A stretch of DNA of 63,640 bases, counting the filler, from Myxococcota bacterium (lineage in GTDB: Bacteria; Myxococcota_C; UBA6777): NCBI GenBank assembly GCA_023150835.1. It is 3 parts of 3 records of this genome, joined end to end, with 100 filler letters (N's around TTAATTAATTAA, not from the genome) between each part and the next. Parts side by side here need not be neighbours in the genome. Positions count along the whole stretch, not along the records: positions 40,484 to 63,640 come from JAKLKB010000003.1; 2 more parts are not named here. The stretch is one strand, 5' to 3'. The stretch's first letter is position 1. Each line of letters begins with the position of its first letter. Both the position numbers and the translations under genes were made by a program. Under the pieces are notes generated by a model, which saw nothing but the letters and a program-made list of their open reading frames with translations, had not been told where the DNA came from and did not search any database. Positions 59,847-63,640 of the stretch are shown one piece after another.

Positions 59847-59923
59847 GGAATCATACGACACCGAGCGGTTGGGTTCGCGTGGAAGATGGAAAGGCGGCTG
59901 GTCTCGATTCGGCAGATTCCTGT

Positions 59924-59945
59924 GTAGGGGCGTATTGCATACGCC
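59924..59945 (+). repeat. GTAG-type REP palindrome
   Basis: GTAGGGGCGTATTGCATACGCC. Confidence 0.7.
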
Positions 59946-60045
59946 TTAGAACATAGGGCATATAGACCATACACAAACTCGGATCTTGTAAAGAGGGCCA
60001 AAGCCAAAAAGAAGAAGTCCCACGCCCAGAAAGAAGAGCAGAGAA

Positions 60046-60495
60046 ATGGAAACAACAACGTTTATCGAACAACTCAAGGAACGGAAAGAGCAAAGAGAAC
60101 AACAAGAAAAAGCCAAGCAAGCGTGGTTAAAAGAACTCCACGCGCTCCTTGACCAAATGAAGGCTTGGCTCAAAGAGGCTCAAGACAACGGTGTCCTTCA
60201 GATCCACGACAAGAGCGTGAGCCTTTCTGAGATGGGCTTCGGTTCATACCAAGCTCCCGGATTGGTCTTGCTTCTTGGCTCTAGCGAAAAAGATGCGGTA
60301 TTGGTTCATCCCCAACAAAAATCGTACATCAACGCAGACGGACGTGTAGATATCTTCACGCAGGACGAACGGTACATCCTTCTCAAACAAGTCGATGGCT
60401 GGTACATCACAGATCAAACACACCCCAAAACACCGCAAAAACTCACAGAACAAAGCTTTCAAGCACTTTTGCTACAACTCTGGCCCGTTGAGTGA
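60046..60495 (+). CDS. Hypothetical protein coupled to the HEPN gene
   Basis: 149-aa ORF, N-terminal helix then beta-rich part (GSYQAPGL..ADGRVDI); GTGA overlap with next gene. Confidence 0.75.
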   Translation: METTTFIEQLKERKEQREQQEKAKQAWLKELHALLDQMKAWLKEAQDNGVLQIHDKSVSLSEMGFGSYQAPGLVLLLGSSEKDAVLVHPQQKSYINADGRVDIFTQDERYILLKQVDGWYITDQTHPKTPQKLTEQSFQALLLQLWPVE

Positions 60496-61037
60496 ATCGG
60501 ATGGATGAGATTATCGAATGGTACGATTTTGTAGAGGCCAGCATCCGCCTCGCCCGCAACACAACGAAGCATTATCCGCCTCCCGAACGTGTGTACGACA
60601 GGACACTCTTCGGAAGGGCTTTTGAAGAAAGCCCTGAATCTTTCCAAGAACTCCGCCAAAAACCCTTGAAGAGCGTACTGGAACAACTTGACGAAGCAGC
60701 GGTAGTCCTGTTGTACGCAGCTTTTGAGCGCTCTCTTTTGCTACATCTCCAAGATGCGATGTTCGATATCTTGGCGGAAAAAGAACAACAACCTTGGTTG
60801 GGAGAGTTAGCACTGATGCTCCCAGAAAAGGCCGAGCGTTGGCAGATCCGCGAGATACTGGAATTGTTCCGCAAACAAGTGACGTCGAACTTGATTGGGC
60901 AGATGAAAGCCCTTTACGACTACCGCAATTGGTTGGCACACGGGAAGAAAGGCGACGCTCCTCCACGTATCCTGCCACGAGATGCCTACACTCGATTCAA
61001 AGCCTTTTTGCAGACAGCCCAGATCCCCGAAAGATAG
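60492..61037 (+). CDS. HEPN-domain protein (putative RNase)
   Basis: LLYAAFER helix and YRNWLAHG Rx4H motif in an all-helical protein. Confidence 0.75.
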   Translation: MNRMDEIIEWYDFVEASIRLARNTTKHYPPPERVYDRTLFGRAFEESPESFQELRQKPLKSVLEQLDEAAVVLLYAAFERSLLLHLQDAMFDILAEKEQQPWLGELALMLPEKAERWQIREILELFRKQVTSNLIGQMKALYDYRNWLAHGKKGDAPPRILPRDAYTRFKAFLQTAQIPER

Positions 61038-61080
61038 ACCCTACCACAAGCGTCACTTGCGAAAGTACATGAGCGGTCTT

Positions 61081-62457
61081 TCAAGCGAGATCATCCGAAC
61101 GATCTTTGTGGATGCGATAGCGACGGAGCAGCTGCGTATGTGCCTTGTCTGCTGCGGCCTTGTCCATGACGATCCGAAGATTCTGGCGGGTGGTTAACTC
61201 CAATAACTTCGGAGCGCTTTCGATCGCATCGATCAACTCGCGCAGATCGCCGAGACGACGACCATTGCAATGCGTAATCATCGCGTGCTCCATCCCCTCG
61301 TAGCCGACGTTGATCTCGTCCGCCAAGATGTGCGAAAGCACGATCACTTGGCGACATTCGGGCGTTGGATAGCCTTGAAAGTACAGATCCAACAGATCCT
61401 GCGGTGCATTCTGCTGCCAGTACTCCCACGTACACAGATAATCCCGACTCAAGGGCTGAAACACCAACCCTCCATAGATGTAATACGAAGGCAATACATC
61501 ATAACGACTACGCGGAACAAGATAACGCAACGGCTGCAACGTAAGTTCCAACGTCTGCTCTTTCCCCTCACGCCACACCCGCAACGGCAGCTTGTCCCCC
61601 ACAAATTGCTTGTGACTCAACCCCAAAAAAGAAGTGCGATACCGTTCTTCCAAAACCACCGTCCCATCGTTGTCCAACACCACACCGTTGATCTCCAACA
61701 ACACATCCCCCTCTCGCAACACACCCCACCCCGAATTCCCAAAATGCACCCCCGCGATCAGCACCCCTGTCTTGTTCTCCGGCAAACCGATATGTTTGCG
61801 CAACATCGCATTCTCTAGGTACTGCACACTCAGCCCAAGCCCCGGGATCGTCGGCTCAACACCGCGACGATGTGCTTCCAAAAAGTGCTTGATCACAGGC
61901 ATCGGGATGACTTCCCCGATGTTCTCGGCATCTTCGAGCGATTGAAACGCCACTCCGATGATCCGATTGTCTTGGATCACCGGCCCACCACTGTTTCCCG
62001 AATTGATCGCGGCATCCACCGTCACCGCCAAAAGAGAACGCTGTGAGTGCGAATACTCCTGCACTTCCACACGAGAGACCACCCCCTCCGTGATCGATAT
62101 CTCGTTGCCACCGATCGGATAACCACACACCAACACTTTGTCTCGCAAGGATGGAAGCTCACCGAGCGCAAGCGTCGGAACATCCTTGAGAAACGCCGCA
62201 TCTTCGACACGCAACAGCGCCAGATCCGCATCATGGCAGATCGCTTCGACGTGGACGACTTGGCGACGTGAGTTCGAGGTCTTTTGAACCTGCAAAAAAG
62301 TCGCGTTGGCGACGACGTGCGCAGCCGTTAGGATCAAGCCATCGGGCAAGACGATCCCCGATCCCGTCCCTGTTCCGGGCGTGCGCGCTTGCCAAGGGCA
62401 ATCATAATCAGGTTCTTGATAGGTCGCATGGATCTTGAGTACAGAAGGGAAGGTCAT
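61081..62457 (-). CDS. Trypsin-like (Deg/HtrA) serine protease with PDZ domains, no signal peptide
   Basis: TAAHVV, DLALL, AINSGNSGGP triad; YYIYGGLVFQPL second PDZ; start placed at MTFPSVLK. Confidence 0.92.
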   Translation of the reverse strand: MTFPSVLKIHATYQEPDYDCPWQARTPGTGTGSGIVLPDGLILTAAHVVANATFLQVQKTSNSRRQVVHVEAICHDADLALLRVEDAAFLKDVPTLALGELPSLRDKVLVCGYPIGGNEISITEGVVSRVEVQEYSHSQRSLLAVTVDAAINSGNSGGPVIQDNRIIGVAFQSLEDAENIGEVIPMPVIKHFLEAHRRGVEPTIPGLGLSVQYLENAMLRKHIGLPENKTGVLIAGVHFGNSGWGVLREGDVLLEINGVVLDNDGTVVLEERYRTSFLGLSHKQFVGDKLPLRVWREGKEQTLELTLQPLRYLVPRSRYDVLPSYYIYGGLVFQPLSRDYLCTWEYWQQNAPQDLLDLYFQGYPTPECRQVIVLSHILADEINVGYEGMEHAMITHCNGRRLGDLRELIDAIESAPKLLELTTRQNLRIVMDKAAADKAHTQLLRRYRIHKDRSDDLA

Positions 62458-62556
62458 CCATATCCTCGGTGTAATCGTACAAAAAAGTGAGCAAGGCGAT
62501 ACCATCGAAGCAAAAGCACCATCCTCCCGCATCCATGACACGCCTCAAACAACGCA

Positions 62557-63492
62557 CTAAGGGATCTTCACCCACGGATCAAAGGTCAGATACCCTTCGC
62601 GTGAAAAGCACAAATCACGAACCGCTTGGATGGTCAACTGGTCACCGCTCAAAACAACCCGATACACCCCCTTGGGTTGGGTCGGATGCGACTTGGTGCA
62701 ATTCGTCCCCGCTGCATCCAACACCTCCAACTGATCCCCCTGCAAGGTATACGTTCCTTCCGCGATCTTTTGCTGGTCGTGGAACATCTCGTAGGCTCCT
62801 CCCGACAAAAAGGTGATCTGGAATCGATACGGCGGAGCCGTCTCATTGCGACGATGCCACGATCCCACCAACACACTCACAGGCACACAACCTTCATCGA
62901 CCTTGCCATCGCAGTTTTCATCCGCATTGTTCCCGCAAACCTCCGCTTTCGGTAATACTTCTCCCACGCACCCGCCCCAACGACCGCCCTCACAGCGTTG
63001 TGTTCCTCCCTTGCACAACCCCACCCCCGACGTCCCCATCGGCCCTGTATAACACGACCGTTCGCTTCCTTCGGCTCCACAACCCTCAACCGCACAACGC
63101 CCTTCGATACACACACGCCCCTGCTCGCAACGTTGCGCAACCCACGCATCCCCCGCTGCATTGCAAACTTCGACCGTCTGCGCATCCCGACAGCGCGAGA
63201 CACTCGTCCGACAAACCACGCTCCCCTCGATCGAAACCTCCCTGCCTTCCTCCAACACAGCTTCCGCAACCCCCTCCGACTCAGAGCCTTGCGCTTCGGC
63301 CATCGTATCAAAACCCCCGTCACTTCCGCCCTCTTGTTCTGCCTTTTCTACAGTTCTTTCTTCCGATACACCGTCGCCCGCCACACAACGGCCCTGCACA
63401 AGCTGCTCCCCTCCACGACACACCAACGGACGCTCACACGCCCACAACCCACACACGCAAAAAAACACACACACAACAATCCACGCACGCAT
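62557..63492 (-). CDS. Cys-rich lipoprotein with metal-binding motif and small C-terminal beta domain
   Basis: LWAC lipobox; CYTGP..CKGGTQRC..EVCGNNADENCDGKVDEGC; LVGSW lipocalin-like start. Confidence 0.75.
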   Translation of the reverse strand: MRAWIVVCVFFCVCGLWACERPLVCRGGEQLVQGRCVAGDGVSEERTVEKAEQEGGSDGGFDTMAEAQGSESEGVAEAVLEEGREVSIEGSVVCRTSVSRCRDAQTVEVCNAAGDAWVAQRCEQGRVCIEGRCAVEGCGAEGSERSCYTGPMGTSGVGLCKGGTQRCEGGRWGGCVGEVLPKAEVCGNNADENCDGKVDEGCVPVSVLVGSWHRRNETAPPYRFQITFLSGGAYEMFHDQQKIAEGTYTLQGDQLEVLDAAGTNCTKSHPTQPKGVYRVVLSGDQLTIQAVRDLCFSREGYLTFDPWVKIP

Positions 63493-63640
63493 CACGCACA
63501 CTGTTCCTTTCACGTTGATCATTTCTGATCGACGAGGGGTAATTCGCTCTCCGTTGATGCTCCGTCCGAGCGGGGGATAGATATGCAACTGGAGTCTTGG
63601 TTGGACAGTCTCAACCGTTTGAGAAACTGCTCGGTTCTTT

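Overview
Three assembly contigs (1-20414, 20515-40383, 40484-63640) are joined by N-TTAATTAATTAA-N linkers, so adjacency across the gaps is not biological. Gene content (Ser/Thr kinases and a PP2C phosphatase with PEGA domains, a MYXO-CTERM protein, Ig/vWA lipoproteins, zinc-ribbon/TPR protein) points to a Myxococcota-like bacterium (inference). Contig 1: an apparently circularly permuted esterase lipoprotein, two Ser/Thr kinases, an enlarged mfd, a (QGYPPQP)12 membrane protein and a pseudo-histidine kinase. Contig 2: surface/secreted proteins, a ppiD-like chaperone, a cationic 18-Cys secreted peptide, a PurE homologue with all active-site loops substituted, and two fibre-like paralogues bracketed by inverted repeats. 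Contig 3: a defence-island-like block with a tandem pair of atypical ClpA/B-like AAA+ ATPases (HicB-like N-termini, NBD1 lacking the catalytic Glu, C-termini resembling a GGQ-less release factor), then a type I RM operon with an embedded ABC-ATPase/TOPRIM pair, a YgjP-like protein and a HEPN gene pair. The Clp-like pair is the best candidate for an undescribed system. REP/MITE-like repeats sit at most contig ends. All domain calls are by eye from motifs; no searches were run.
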